A stretch of DNA of 63,477 bases, the filler included, from Neoconidiobolus thromboides FSU 785 (lineage: Eukaryota > Fungi > Entomophthoromycota), in NCBI GenBank assembly GCA_025603075.1. It is 8 parts of 8 records of this genome, joined end to end, with 100 filler letters (N's around TTAATTAATTAA, not from the genome) between each part and the next. Parts side by side here need not be neighbours in the genome. Positions count along the whole stretch, not along the records: positions 1 to 8,257 come from MU626687.1; positions 8,358 to 13,347 come from MU626766.1; 6 more parts are not named here. One strand, written 5' to 3'. Position 1 is the first letter of the stretch; every line of letters begins with the position of its first letter. The position numbers and the translations under genes are program-made. The notes beneath the pieces are model-generated. The model was given only the letters and a program-made list of their open reading frames with translations, did no database searches and was not told the DNA's origin. Positions 1 to 10,960 of this stretch are shown here, one piece after another.

Positions 1-1
1 A

Positions 2-415
2 AATCGTGATGAAATTGCACAGGATATTGAAGATATTATTAGTGCACCAGCAGCTAGTTGGGGTGTTAAAGTTGAATCTGTGTTAATTAAAGATTTGGTA
101 TTTTCTCGTGACCTTCAAGAGAATTTATCTAGTGCAGCTCAAGCTAAACGTATCGGTGAATCTAGAGTTATTGCTGCTCAAGCTGAAGTTGATTCTGCTA
201 AATTGATGAGAGAAGCAGCTGATATCCTTAATTCACCAGCTGCTATTCAGATTCGTTATTTGGAAACTATGCAACAAATGGCTAGAACTTCCGGATCAAA
301 AGTTATCTTTATGCCATTTAATTCTGGTGCAAATGGAGAAATCGGTGAAGATGCAGCTGCTACAAACAAAGCTCTTCAAACTGCAATCACTCCTGCTATA
401 ATTGATCAAATTTAA
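2..415 (+). CDS. Stomatin / band-7 (SPFH) family protein, 3' part (5' end outside window)
   Basis: Open frame from nt 2: NRDEIAQDI...WGVKVESVLIKDLVFSRDLQENLSSAAQAKRIGESRVIAAQAEVDSAKLMREAADILNSPAAIQIRYLETM, the typical stomatin C-terminal coiled-coil region. Confidence 0.93.
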   Translation, partial: NRDEIAQDIEDIISAPAASWGVKVESVLIKDLVFSRDLQENLSSAAQAKRIGESRVIAAQAEVDSAKLMREAADILNSPAAIQIRYLETMQQMARTSGSKVIFMPFNSGANGEIGEDAAATNKALQTAITPAIIDQI

Positions 416-653
416 ATTATAATATGAAACTTTAATACTTATGCTCTATGTAGATAACTTTAAACAAACTGTTAATCAAATAAATAATAATAAACATATA
501 TTTAAACAAAATATTAAAACTTTTTGTATATAGATTCAAACTATTATTAACACTTAAAATTTTATTACTATTTAAAAAGTATAAACTTGTTAAAACAAGG
601 TTAAAACAATCATAGAAGAGATAAAAATTACTTTCTCAAACTAAAAGCTAACT

Positions 654-2704
654 TTATAATAAATTCAAGTATCTAGCTTCCGTTTCAAAGATCAACATTC
701 TCCAAATTTTGGAAACAAAGGTGATAGCTTCTTCTTCCAGTACCTAAAAAAAACTTAGAAGCTGTTAAATAACGGCATTTGGATTGCTTACCTTTTCCAA
801 TTCCAATTTAAGTTCTTCAGCAGAGAGATGATTTTTTAAATGTCTTTTAATAAAAGATGAAATACTTTTTTCTTCTTCACCTAAAAATTCAATTATCTTT
901 TTATCCGCAAAGTTCATAATTTTGGTCAATGCACCCTAAAAATCTAATTAACGTCTAACTAGTAATTCACTATATTATCCTTACCTCAGATAAATACTTC
1001 CAACGAATTTTCCACTCCCATAATTTTACGTGATCAGGTGGTATCCGATTCATTAGCTTTTTGATTTCTTCTTTCTTTTGTCTTTCACTTAATCTTTCTC
1101 TCCTGCTCTTTTTATTATGATCTTCCTCATCAGAATATTCCAATGGAATGAGTACTCTTTTGGTTCGGTTATTTGAATACGTATCATCATCATCATCCAT
1201 AGGATTAGAAAAGGTACTAATAGCTGGCGAAGTATTCCCAGTGTTACTTGTTTCTTTTTGTACTTTCTTTAATATTGGGTTAATAAAATTAATTTTAACT
1301 TTTGCTTTAAACTCCTCTTTTTCTTCTTTTTCTTCTTTTTTAATTTCTTCTTCTTCTTCTATCTTTGTGTCTTCTGGATTCTTTTCTTTCTTTTCTTTCA
1401 TTCGATCAATTGCATCTTCTTCCAATTCCCTTTGTCTTATTTGCTTTCTTCTTTCCCACCAGCGTGACCTTAAAACTGTAAGCATTGCTTTTTAGACAAA
1501 TAATTTGCTATTTACCTATCCTTATAATAATCTTCTCTACCCAACTCCAACTCTTTATCATCATCCCATTCTTTAAATCTTAAATAATGTTCAGCCCTAT
1601 CTTGTTCTCTTCTTTCTTCAGATTCCCTATCTCTAATCCTACTTTTCTCATAAGATTTGCCTCTATAAAGTTCTCTTTCTTCCCAATGTTTTAAATTTTG
1701 ATAATATTCTTCACTACGGCTACGTTGCCTTTGGATTTCTTGTTCTTTATATCTTAATATTTGTCTTTCTTCTTCGCTAAAATCGCTATCTTCGCTATCG
1801 CTTATATATTTTTTTCCATTTTTTTCCTCCTCTTTACCTTCCCCGTCCGCTTTGCTATTGGGCTCCACATAGCCTTCCATTTCTGAAATAACTTGTTGTA
1901 CTTTGTCGTGTACTTCATTAATTACATCATCGTCTAACTCCTAAATTTTATTTATGTTAATCTTTATTTTATAATAGGCAGCATTACTCACCTTGATTTT
2001 GTTATCTCTTTTATATTTTTCAAGTACCTTTTCAACGTCTTCTTCATATTTGACCTAATAAACAATTATCATAAATCTAACAAAGTAAAATCAACTTACC
2101 ATAATTGACTTAGGTTCAACTCCCTGTGCTGGTGAAGGCAATTTAATTTGCTTGTCTTTAACCAATCCAGACAAAAGAAGTACTGCTTTGGGTTCATCAA
2201 AATCAGCAAACCCAAATGATTTTGGTAAATTACTTGTTGGATCCTTAAGTCGTTTCCATTTTAATAAAGTTCCAACGCACTATTTTAAATTTAATCATTA
2301 CTCTTACATAGAATTAGCCTATACTTACTCTCAATATCTTTTCCATTGATTCGTCTGTCACTCCTTTATTAATACCTCCAATAAACAATGTTAAAATTGG
2401 ACCTGTTGGTTGTTGTTGCATAACTGGCATAGGTGGTCTTGAAATAAAAGGCGGTGGTATGCCTGATGGAGCAAAGTTAGGTGGAGGATAAGCATAACCT
2501 AAGTTGGGATTATAGCCCCCAGGACCATATGGACCTGGAATTGGTGGCGGAGCCATGTAATTCATTGGTGGAGGCATATATCCAGGTGGAGGCATCCCAG
2601 AGTTTGGTGGTGGTTGGTAGCCTAAATTTCTTTTAATATTTCTTTTTTAAATCCTCGTTTTGGATATGCTTACCGTAATTGTTGTTCGGATTGTAAGGAT
2701 CCAT
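654..2704 (-). CDS. RBM25: RBM25/Snu71-like U1 snRNP-associated splicing factor (Pro-rich N-term, RRM, RE/RD-rich region, C-terminal PWI); 8 exons inferred
   Basis: ATG at 2704 (MDPYNPNNNYG). RRM TLFIGGI...LKWKRLKD...FGFADF; ERE-rich middle; PWI-like end WEWKIRW...IIEFLGEEE...VLEEEAITFVSKIWRMLIFETE; TAA at 656-654. Seven GT-AG introns restore the frame. Confidence 0.9.
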
Positions 2705-3223
2705 TAATTATAGCAAGTTAATGAAGTTATAAAGTTAATTTTGAAAAGTCTTTGTTGGTTTAGTGCTTGGAGGTTTATATAGCCAATTAAGTTGAAACTT
2801 TAAAAACGTTTAAACTCAATTAGAGTTGAATAACAGATGATCTAGATATTTAATTGGCTAAATAGCTTCCAGGCTAATAAGTTGCTATTTTGGAAATAAT
2901 TTTTTAATATTGCTATACTCGAAAATTTTTAACATCCGCTTTTCTAAGTCAGATTGGTTTCTAATATTTTAAATTTTAAAATTTAAACTTGCTTACCAAT
3001 CAAAAAGGATACCAAAAAATATAGTAAATTTGAATCTTTAACTAAAAAGGTAAATTTGGATGATCCCTAAAATAAAAAATGACAGATATCTTTAATATTG
3101 CCAATCAATTAAACCAGCATGAGAAAGAGCTAACACTGAGGAAGATCTTTAATAAAAAAAGTATAAAAGTAAGAAAAGTGTTTTATTTTTTACATTAAAT
3201 CTGAGATTTAAACTTAAATACTA

Positions 3224-4096
3224 ATGAAACATACCAATCCTTTAATAACCCTTGCTCTGGTAGCAATCACATCCGTTAATGGGCTTAAGAATCCATGCCC
3301 ACCAAATGGCACCTCATGTCGTAGTAATGAAGGTATGAAACAATCTGGAGATCCAGGTTTCCCATGTTGGTATAATGATGGTTATGGTAACTGGTATTGT
3401 GCCGCTTTAGGACCAGAAGGTCAGTGTCCATATGGTTATGAAGATGTAAGTAAATGTAACCCAGATCCATATGGTGGACCCAAAAAGAATTGTCCACCAC
3501 CAGATAAGGGAGAAACTCAATGCTATGGCCCAACTGGACCAGCGGGCACCTTTGCTGATCCAGGTAGATTGACTTGTTGGAGGTTTGTAAATAGTTTTTA
3601 TACTTGTACTTTCCCATTACCTCCCTTCGGCAATTGCCCACCAGGTTCCTTTAATATTAAAGAATGCCCAATTAATCCAAAACCTCCTGTGTGTCCCGAT
3701 AGAAATAGACCAGCTACTAGCTGTCGTGGTATGGATGGGCAAAGATATAGTTTTTCTAGACCGGGCACTAATGTTTGTTGGTCTGTTGGCGGCGATGGTT
3801 CCTTCAATTGCAGGCCTTATACAGCAGGTGGTAATTCATGTAGTTCCAATGAAATTGATGTTACTACTTGCCCAATTCAAGATTCTTTTTGTCCACCTCC
3901 AAATGCTCCAAATACTGAATGTATTGGTCCAAACGGTCCAGCTGGTACTTTTAGAAGACCTAATGGCTACACCTGTTGGTCCAATGTTGGTAGATCTTAC
4001 GCTTGTAATATGCCACAAAACGATGGTACATGTGGAAGAGGGGAAGTCAATGTTGAAGATTGTCCTACTAGTGGCGGCTATGGATATAACGGTTAA
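3224..4096 (+). CDS. Secreted Cys/Pro/Gly-rich protein with four tandem ~60-aa six-cysteine repeats; family not recognised
   Basis: Intronless 290-aa ORF with a hydrophobic signal-peptide-like N-terminus (MKHTNPLITLALVAITSVNG). 24 Cys arranged as 4 x (CP..C..CW..C..C..C). Confidence 0.88.
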   Translation: MKHTNPLITLALVAITSVNGLKNPCPPNGTSCRSNEGMKQSGDPGFPCWYNDGYGNWYCAALGPEGQCPYGYEDVSKCNPDPYGGPKKNCPPPDKGETQCYGPTGPAGTFADPGRLTCWRFVNSFYTCTFPLPPFGNCPPGSFNIKECPINPKPPVCPDRNRPATSCRGMDGQRYSFSRPGTNVCWSVGGDGSFNCRPYTAGGNSCSSNEIDVTTCPIQDSFCPPPNAPNTECIGPNGPAGTFRRPNGYTCWSNVGRSYACNMPQNDGTCGRGEVNVEDCPTSGGYGYNG

Positions 4097-5336
4097 GTTT
4101 CATCAAAATAAAGAAATTAATCTTATACATTTAAATTTGTTTTTTTCAAATAAGCTATTTAACTATAATTGTTTCAGTGTTTTGGAAAAATTAAAAATAT
4201 GGAATATAGTAAAAGTAGCTTATATTAATTAAATAAAGCGTTAAACTATAGATACAAAATTAAGTTACTATTTCACTATTTTGAATTTTATGGGTATTAC
4301 GTACATTATATGACCTGGGTTATTGTTCAATTAAGTTACTTATAACAACCGTAATAATATAAATATTCAATAATAATAATGTTTTTTTTGTTTACTATGA
4401 TAAAAATTAATTCAACAAATCTACAACGTTAAACTATAAATGTTAGGGACTAAAATAAAAATGTAATTATAAAGCTAGAAATAATAAAATTAATAGTATC
4501 CTTATTTTTATTGCATTTTGCTATTGAAATGTTTATAATCGACATAGCTAGTTTCAAATCTTTATATATTAAATAAGTCCAATCTCTCGTTTACTATGAA
4601 ATTTCTATAAACTAAATACAGCTGTCAACTTCAATGTGATGTTTCCAATCGTTTATTCAATGGTGAAAGTTCTCTCTAAAATTCTATCAAAAATTAAGAA
4701 AATTTCAAGGTAAGCAGCTATTGCTATGTTTTAATAATAAATGTTATTTACAAAAATTAATTCAAATAAACTGCTTTTTTTAATAGCAATGTCTCCATTT
4801 TAAACTACACCTATCTCTTATAAATATCCATAGTATCACAGTTGCCTTAATTTTTCTTTTTATTATAATAAACACTAACATCGGTATGTGATCTAGAGAA
4901 AGTACTAATAAGACTTTAACTAACTAGTATTTTTAAGCTAAATTGTGATAAGTTCCTATAGAGTTGCTACATAAACTTAATACCATACTCTGGATGTTAC
5001 AATTACAATGGTAACCAATCCAATTTTTAAGCATCAGTCATAAGAAGAATCAGTAATATAAATACTTGACTCTAGAAATTACTATTAAAAAGATCTCATT
5101 AGTTGAACGCCCGTATGTATTTATATATCTCAGTAAATACAAAGCGTGCTGTTCGAACTAAAATTTACTGTTATTACTACAAATATTACTACAATCAACT
5201 CGTTCTTAACAAAATCTTATTAGTATTGAAATACCACATCGCTTTGAAGATTATTAGAAGCATTGACAAGCTCAAATATTTACTACTGCCCTTTAACTCA
5301 AAGTTATCAATTTTTAATGCTTGTTAATATTATGAG

Positions 5337-5395
5337 TTTCGGATCAATCTTAATAATGAGTGTATCAAGTTCTTATTATTAAGGTTGATCCGAAA
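5337..5395 (+). other. 24-bp stem / 11-nt loop hairpin (inverted repeat)
   Basis: TTTCGGATCAATCTTAATAATGAG pairs with CTTATTATTAAGGTTGATCCGAAA: 22 Watson-Crick pairs plus 2 G-U pairs on the + strand. Confidence 0.8.
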
Positions 5396-6123
5396 TTTTT
5401 TGATAATTTAAGTGACATAAGCTCATCAGCTTTTAGTAAACTAAAGTATCTTTCTCCATAATGAAAACCTATGGTAAATAAAAGAAAACGATAGGCTGAT
5501 ATCATCTAAGCCGGGATTTTTTTTATATAAAACCGGCAAATAATAAAATAGAACTGGTGACTTGCATTTTTAACATAATATCTCAAATCAATATAAATAA
5601 ATGAGCATAAACTAAATTTTTTTATTGTTATTTTTGGATTTCTAATTAAGAAGTTAATTTGTCATTTATAAATAGTCTATTCTAAATGTGCTCTATTGCT
5701 ATTTCATTAATTCAAATATGCTATTACTATACTTTCTACTGAAGACACGACTTAGATTATTTTAGATTCGTCTTTGAGTTTTTTATAAATTTCTAAAACA
5801 ATATAGCAAAAGATATATAAAAGAGCCTAATAAACATAGCATTTTATATTTATTTGTTTCCCCTTATCTTTATGAGACTATTAACTTATCTAAGGCGACT
5901 TTGTAATAAGCAATGCGAATAATCTAGAAAATAGAAATAAAATAAGGTGACGCAGCAAGTCTTAAATCTAAATTAATTAGATAGCTTTTTGTGGAACGTA
6001 GGAGGTACAGATACAAAAAATGTAATATGAATTCAAAAGGTATAAATAAAGATGATTTTACTTTGATTTTATAAACATATTTGATTAACAAAATTTTTGT
6101 TTATATAAATTTTATCAAACTCA

Positions 6124-6882
6124 ATGGAGTACACTAAACAAGTTCCAAAAGACGATAGGAGTCAATCCAAAAGTAAATAAGTTAAGAATAAATATAAAAT
6201 AACCATAATAAAATTACACATTTTAGACATAATAGATCCCTATTTCCCAATTCAATCGAAATATAAAGTAGGAGCTATTTTATTTGAAGGTTTTACAATG
6301 TTAGATTTGATCGGTCCCGTTGATATATTAAGTGGGGTTAATGATAAATTTGAAATTGAAACTATAGGATTAAAATCCAACTCAATAGTTACGCCTATGT
6401 TTGAAGCCATGTCATTCAATAACAAATTAAGTATAAAAGAGGCAATCAAAAAAGATTGGGATATATTATTAACTCCAGGTGGTTATGGTATCTATAGTTT
6501 AGTTCAAAATCAAGAGTTTATTGAAGATTATAAAAATTTAGTAGCAAAATCTAAAGTAGTGTTTACAGTATGTTCCGGTTCCGTTGTGTTAGCTAAAACG
6601 GGGCTATTAAATGGTTTTAAAGCCACGACAAATAAAGCAGGTTATAAAGAAATAATTCCTTCTTATCCAGAAATTGATTGGCAACCTAATGCTCGTTGGG
6701 TTCATCATTGCCAGTTCATTACTTCTTCTGGTATTGCAGCTGGTATGGATGCCGCCTTTTATATAGTATCTTTAGCTAAAAGTAAGGAAGAAGCTGAAAG
6801 ATTTTCAAAGGTTATTGAATATGTACCTAATTGGGACCCAGATAATGATCCATTTGCTGTAGATATTGCAGATGCAAAATAA
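6124..6882 (+). CDS. DJ-1/PfpI (ThiJ) family protein, isocyanide-hydratase-like; 2 exons (6124-6172, 6227-6882)
   Basis: ATG 6124 and a phase-1 GT-AG intron 6173-6226 join in frame to KVGAILFEGFTMLDLIGP...LLTPGG...TVCSGSVVLAKTGLLNG..ATT...ITSSGIAAGMD...EY...DPFA. Confidence 0.9.
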
Positions 6883-7236
6883 AACGCCTACCTATTTTTA
6901 TCTCTATTAGCGTGTTTTATATATATTATTATATAAATTTGTTATGCTTATGTTGTATTAATAAATGGTTTATCTGCACCAAATTGGTTTTTTTGTTTAA
7001 AACAAATTGATAGAATTATTTAATAAACATTGAGTTTGTTGTACATAAATTTTATGGATTATATTTATGAAAATAAGGAATGATAATATGGTACTATTAT
7101 ACAAATGACGCTAGCTACTTTACTGAAAAATCAATGATAGGGACATTAAATTACGGTATCAAATTGCTTTTACTTTAAAAGAATTTTTGTGTCAGCAATA
7201 AAATAACTGCTATTGCAATGAATAATTTAAAGGTAT

Positions 7237-7335
7237 GAGGATATGTTTTTGTGTTTAAGAGTTTTACTGATAACCTTTCTATCCAAATAGCGCTTAAAAG
7301 ATGGAAAAAGTAATGAAGCCAAGAAAAACATCCCC
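7237..7335 (+). mobile_element. MITE family A copy (~98 bp, TIR GGGGATGT...ACATCCCC)
   Basis: Matches family consensus; degenerate left TIR GAGGATAT; AT on both flanks. Confidence 0.85.
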
Positions 7336-7728
7336 ATATCTAATGAAAAATTTCAAGGATTTGTAAAAAGATCATTATAGCTTAATGCCTTTAAAAACTT
7401 TTTGATTCTTAATTATTTCAGAAAACTTGTCAATTTAGTTCATTTAATTAACCACAGCTGTTGTAACTCGTTTTAAGTTTTTTAATAATAGATTTTATAA
7501 GCAAATTATCAATGTAACTAGTTTTTAAAACCTAGTTTTTATTTTTAGCTATATTTTAATGTAAATTTTCTTTTAAATATACTAGGAATTGGGGTTCAAA
7601 AAAGTTACAATAACTGTAAAGCAATTAAATTAGCAAAAAAGTTTAAGCATTAGATATTGTTTAAGTTTAAATACGATCTGACTAAACATTAATTTTAAAA
7701 TATAATATAAACAAAAACAAATAATATT

Positions 7729-8008
7729 GGGGTTGTCCGAATTGGTTTCAGAGTTTACTTAGAAACTAATCCAAATTTTAAATTTTTAAATTTGTGTCTT
7801 TAATGTGATGATCAAATCTAAAAAGTCTAAAATTAAATCTCTTTATTTAAAACTTATTTAATTGTTTCCTTTTCTTAAACAGTTAATTTTCCTAACTATA
7901 TGTTCTATGTTGTTTCTGTTAAATATTTAATAAACATATAATATATAATTATATAATTATATAAATAGAGCTATTCGACTTTATTTTTTGTTGAAATAAA
8001 AATAAAAT
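7729..8008 (+). mobile_element. TIR element family B, left-end copy interrupted by a second copy
   Basis: GGGGTTGTCCGAATTGGTTTCAG... aligns over ~280 bp with 8011, 13025 and 41795. Confidence 0.8.
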
Positions 8009-8010
8009 AT

Positions 8011-8761
8011 GGGGCTGTCCTAATTGGTCTCAGAATCTACTTAGAAATTAATCCAAATTTAAAATTTCAAGTTTGTGTCCAATATAACGGTTAAATCTAA
8101 AAAGCCTAAAATTAAATGTCTCTATCTAAAACTTATTTTAATTGTTTCCTTTTCCTAAATAGCTAATTTTCCTAACTATATATTTTATGTTAGTTCTGTT
8201 AGATATTTAACAGATATATAATATATAACTATATGATTATATAATTATATAAATACANNNNNNNNNNNNNNNNNNNNNNNNNNNNNNNNNNNNNNNNNNN
8301 NTTAATTAATTAANNNNNNNNNNNNNNNNNNNNNNNNNNNNNNNNNNNNNNNNNNNNGTAATATGTAAAAACTATTATTACTTGTACTATATAGGGATAG
8401 TTAATTATAGTTTTAAGGCTAATCACTCCTTCCCATGTAGCTATTTGTTAACTTAGCAATATATTAATAATGTAATTATAACATTAAAATAGTTTATTTA
8501 TTTGATAACAAACCTGAAACGTTGGTTATAAAGCAGTCGATAATAAATATTTCTCAATAAAGTTTTATAAGAATATGTATTTAAGATCTAGTAGAAATTC
8601 AACTAAATTACAGTATAAACTATAATAGAATGATTTAGAACTGTGTCTGGGTACTTTTGTTTTAACAAAAGATGTGATTTTATAGAATTTTAAGCAAAGT
8701 TTTTAAAATAATTTTTTTTTCAAAAATTGGATAAAATAATGAAATTAATTTAGACAGCCCT
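8011..8761 (+). mobile_element. TIR element family B: left end (8011-8257) and right end (8358-8761) either side of an assembly gap
   Basis: Left TIR GGGGCTGTCCTAATTGGTCTC; right end GAAATTAATTTAGACAGCCCT is its approximate reverse complement. 8358-8761 also aligns with 27298-27696. Confidence 0.75.
8258..8357. other. Artificial contig spacer N44-TTAATTAATTAA-N44 (same spacer at 13348-13447, 28453-28552, 37580-37679, 42722-42821, 57028-57127, 61352-61451)
   Basis: Seven identical 100-nt blocks; the 12-mer puts stop codons in all six frames. Confidence 0.98.
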
Positions 8762-9676
8762 ATATTTTAAATAATGTGCTATCTTCATTATCTTAACACT
8801 TAATTCATGTTATTTTTAAATAATTTTATTAATCCAAAGCTAATAGTAATATCAAAAATTTCACTTTTGAAATAACTCAGAATCCAAAAGTCAATTCGAA
8901 ATCCTTGTTTGATTTAAGCTTGGTGGGGAGGTTTTTAATTCATTTATGTATTTGACAAGCAACCCCGCCATTGGATTCAAAAATTAGCATTTCAACCAAA
9001 TATTCTGAAGTTAAATTTAGTGTTGACTTTTTATTTACTATACTATAAATAATAGGTGTAAACTTGTCCAATTAAACTAACTTTATAATTTGAAGCTGTT
9101 TTATTTTCAAAAACGATTAATAAAGTAGGTAGTTTTAAGACTTTGTGGTGGTTTTAAAATCAAACCAAACCACTTTAACTCCATAACTGGCAAAATTTAA
9201 AGCTTAAGTTTAAAAATCTAATCCATTTTTGAAATAAATCAAATGATCTAAATTGCAGATGCATTTAAATAACGATCAGTTTATTTCAAAATCAGCCTCT
9301 GATTTCATTTTCCATCCCTACTAATTATACGATACATTTTTAGGGATTCTGGAGTAATTAGGAGCTTAATGGAAAATAATTTCAAGAATTAAAATCTATT
9401 GTAATTTTTTGTTGTTTTTAGTCAATTTTAAAGCAAAAAGAATTAAAGATTATATTTGACTGTATTATTTTGATACACCACTATAAGAAATTCAATTGTT
9501 AAATTTACAGATCATTTGGTATTCTTGTTATATTTTGAATTTTATAGGTTTCTAATACTGCTAAATTTAAGAATTTGTTTTTTAAAAAAAGGTCGTTATT
9601 ATTTTCCCAGAAATTTCAATCTAAGCCAAAAATCGATCATTTATGCTTTTTGTGTTGGACTTAAAACAACATTAAA

Positions 9677-9774
9677 GGTGATGTTTATTTTATTTTATTA
9701 CTTTTTCCATTTTTTAAGCACTATTTAAGCGGAAAGATTGTTAATAAAATTCTTAAACACAAAAATACATCCCT
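9677..9774 (-). mobile_element. MITE family A copy
   Basis: Reverse-oriented consensus match ending AAAAATACATCCCT. Confidence 0.85.
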
Positions 9775-10479
9775 CTTCTATAAGTTTAAATTCTTAGATA
9801 TATTTTATGGTTTATCAAAATCTAAAAAACAGAAAAACCAACACTCTCTTCTCACTTTATTTCCCCCCTTCCATGTTTTATCAAACTATTTTATAAATGA
9901 CATCTACTTCTCTTTTTTAATCTCTAAACTTTTTGATATTAGAAATATAAAGCTTATATTCTCTTTATCTCTTATTATGCATCAACCATAGTCACTTTTG
10001 ATATATACTCCGTTTGATCCAATATCCAATATTACTTGTAAAAAAAGCTTTAGAATTTTATTTTCAAATCTCACAATAACTGATACTAAGTGGTGTTTTG
10101 AGGAGAATATAAGCCTATACAAAAAGATCATATAATACTGTCTATAAGTATTTTGCATTTTTAAGTTTTAGCTTTTAGTAACTTTGTTTGGATAGCTCAA
10201 CATTCTCTTTTCTTTTAATACTCTCCATTTTACAACTAAAACCCAGAAAGGCTATTTTAATCTGAATTTCATCTTCTGATTTTAAGCATTATTACCCGCT
10301 AATAAATTATAGGAGCTTTGGTTGACTTTTTCAAGATTTTTTTAAGTTTTGATCTTGTTTAGGGTCATTAGCAGTGAAATTAATAAAATATTAACTCTAA
10401 CAATTCTGAGCTTAAATAAATGAAATAAAATAACGCTTAAAAAAATACGGATTTATTAATCTTATGTTTACCATTAAAC

Positions 10480-10960
10480 TACTTACTGCCAGACAAAATT
10501 GAATTTGATTCAACATTAATCGGTTAAAAGAGAGAGTGGCAAAGATTTGTAAACCTGAAATTTCTTATAGAAATTTTCTAACCACATATTATTTGTTAGC
10601 GTAAAAACTCTCTAGTAGTTTACTATACTTTAGTATTGTATATACTATAATCCTTGCTCTTTGCCTTCATTTTAAAGTTTTTTATATACAATTGTATTTT
10701 TATTCTATAACTTGAAATATTTATACACAAGCTTTTATTTTTCCTACCAAACTAACTTCTCCATAGTAGTTACTCATAGATAAGCCCAAGTAAGTCTATG
10801 TACTGATATTTTAAATTTTATTTCGTGATTGATTGATTTTTCAATTTTTTAAATGTTGTTTTAATTCCTATTTACCCCAACTATTCTATATTTATGACTT
10901 TTTTATATTTATGGTTATAACTTGCTTCCCATCATGTGTTCAGTTTGATTTCATATCTGT
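10480..10960 (-). pseudogene. Heavily decayed non-LTR retrotransposon (L1/Tx1-like) ORF2 relic; boundaries approximate
   Basis: On the minus strand, broken by stops and frameshifts, in the expected order: INIKKS (10912-10895), YLG (10792-10784), GKRARII, FNFVW. Confidence 0.4.

Noticed and set aside
1148-1495. Antisense or alternative-frame ORFs (1148, 2152, 3285, 3598, 3726, 3836, 6252, 17400, 21891, 30025, 33978, 45622, 51344, 56173, 57163, 57372, 61619, 61699)
   Set aside because: Shadows of real genes on the other strand or frame, with no independent motifs.
3224-4096. Collagen-like interpretation of GPTGPAG / GPNGPAG
   Set aside because: Only two to three Gly-X-Y triplets, inside Cys-bounded loops; too short for a triple helix.
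8302-8313. Recurring palindromic TTAATTAATTAA inside N runs (7 times)
   Set aside because: Fixed 44N-12-44N format with stops in all frames; an artificial contig linker. The ORF-track endings '...LIN' and '...N' derive from it.
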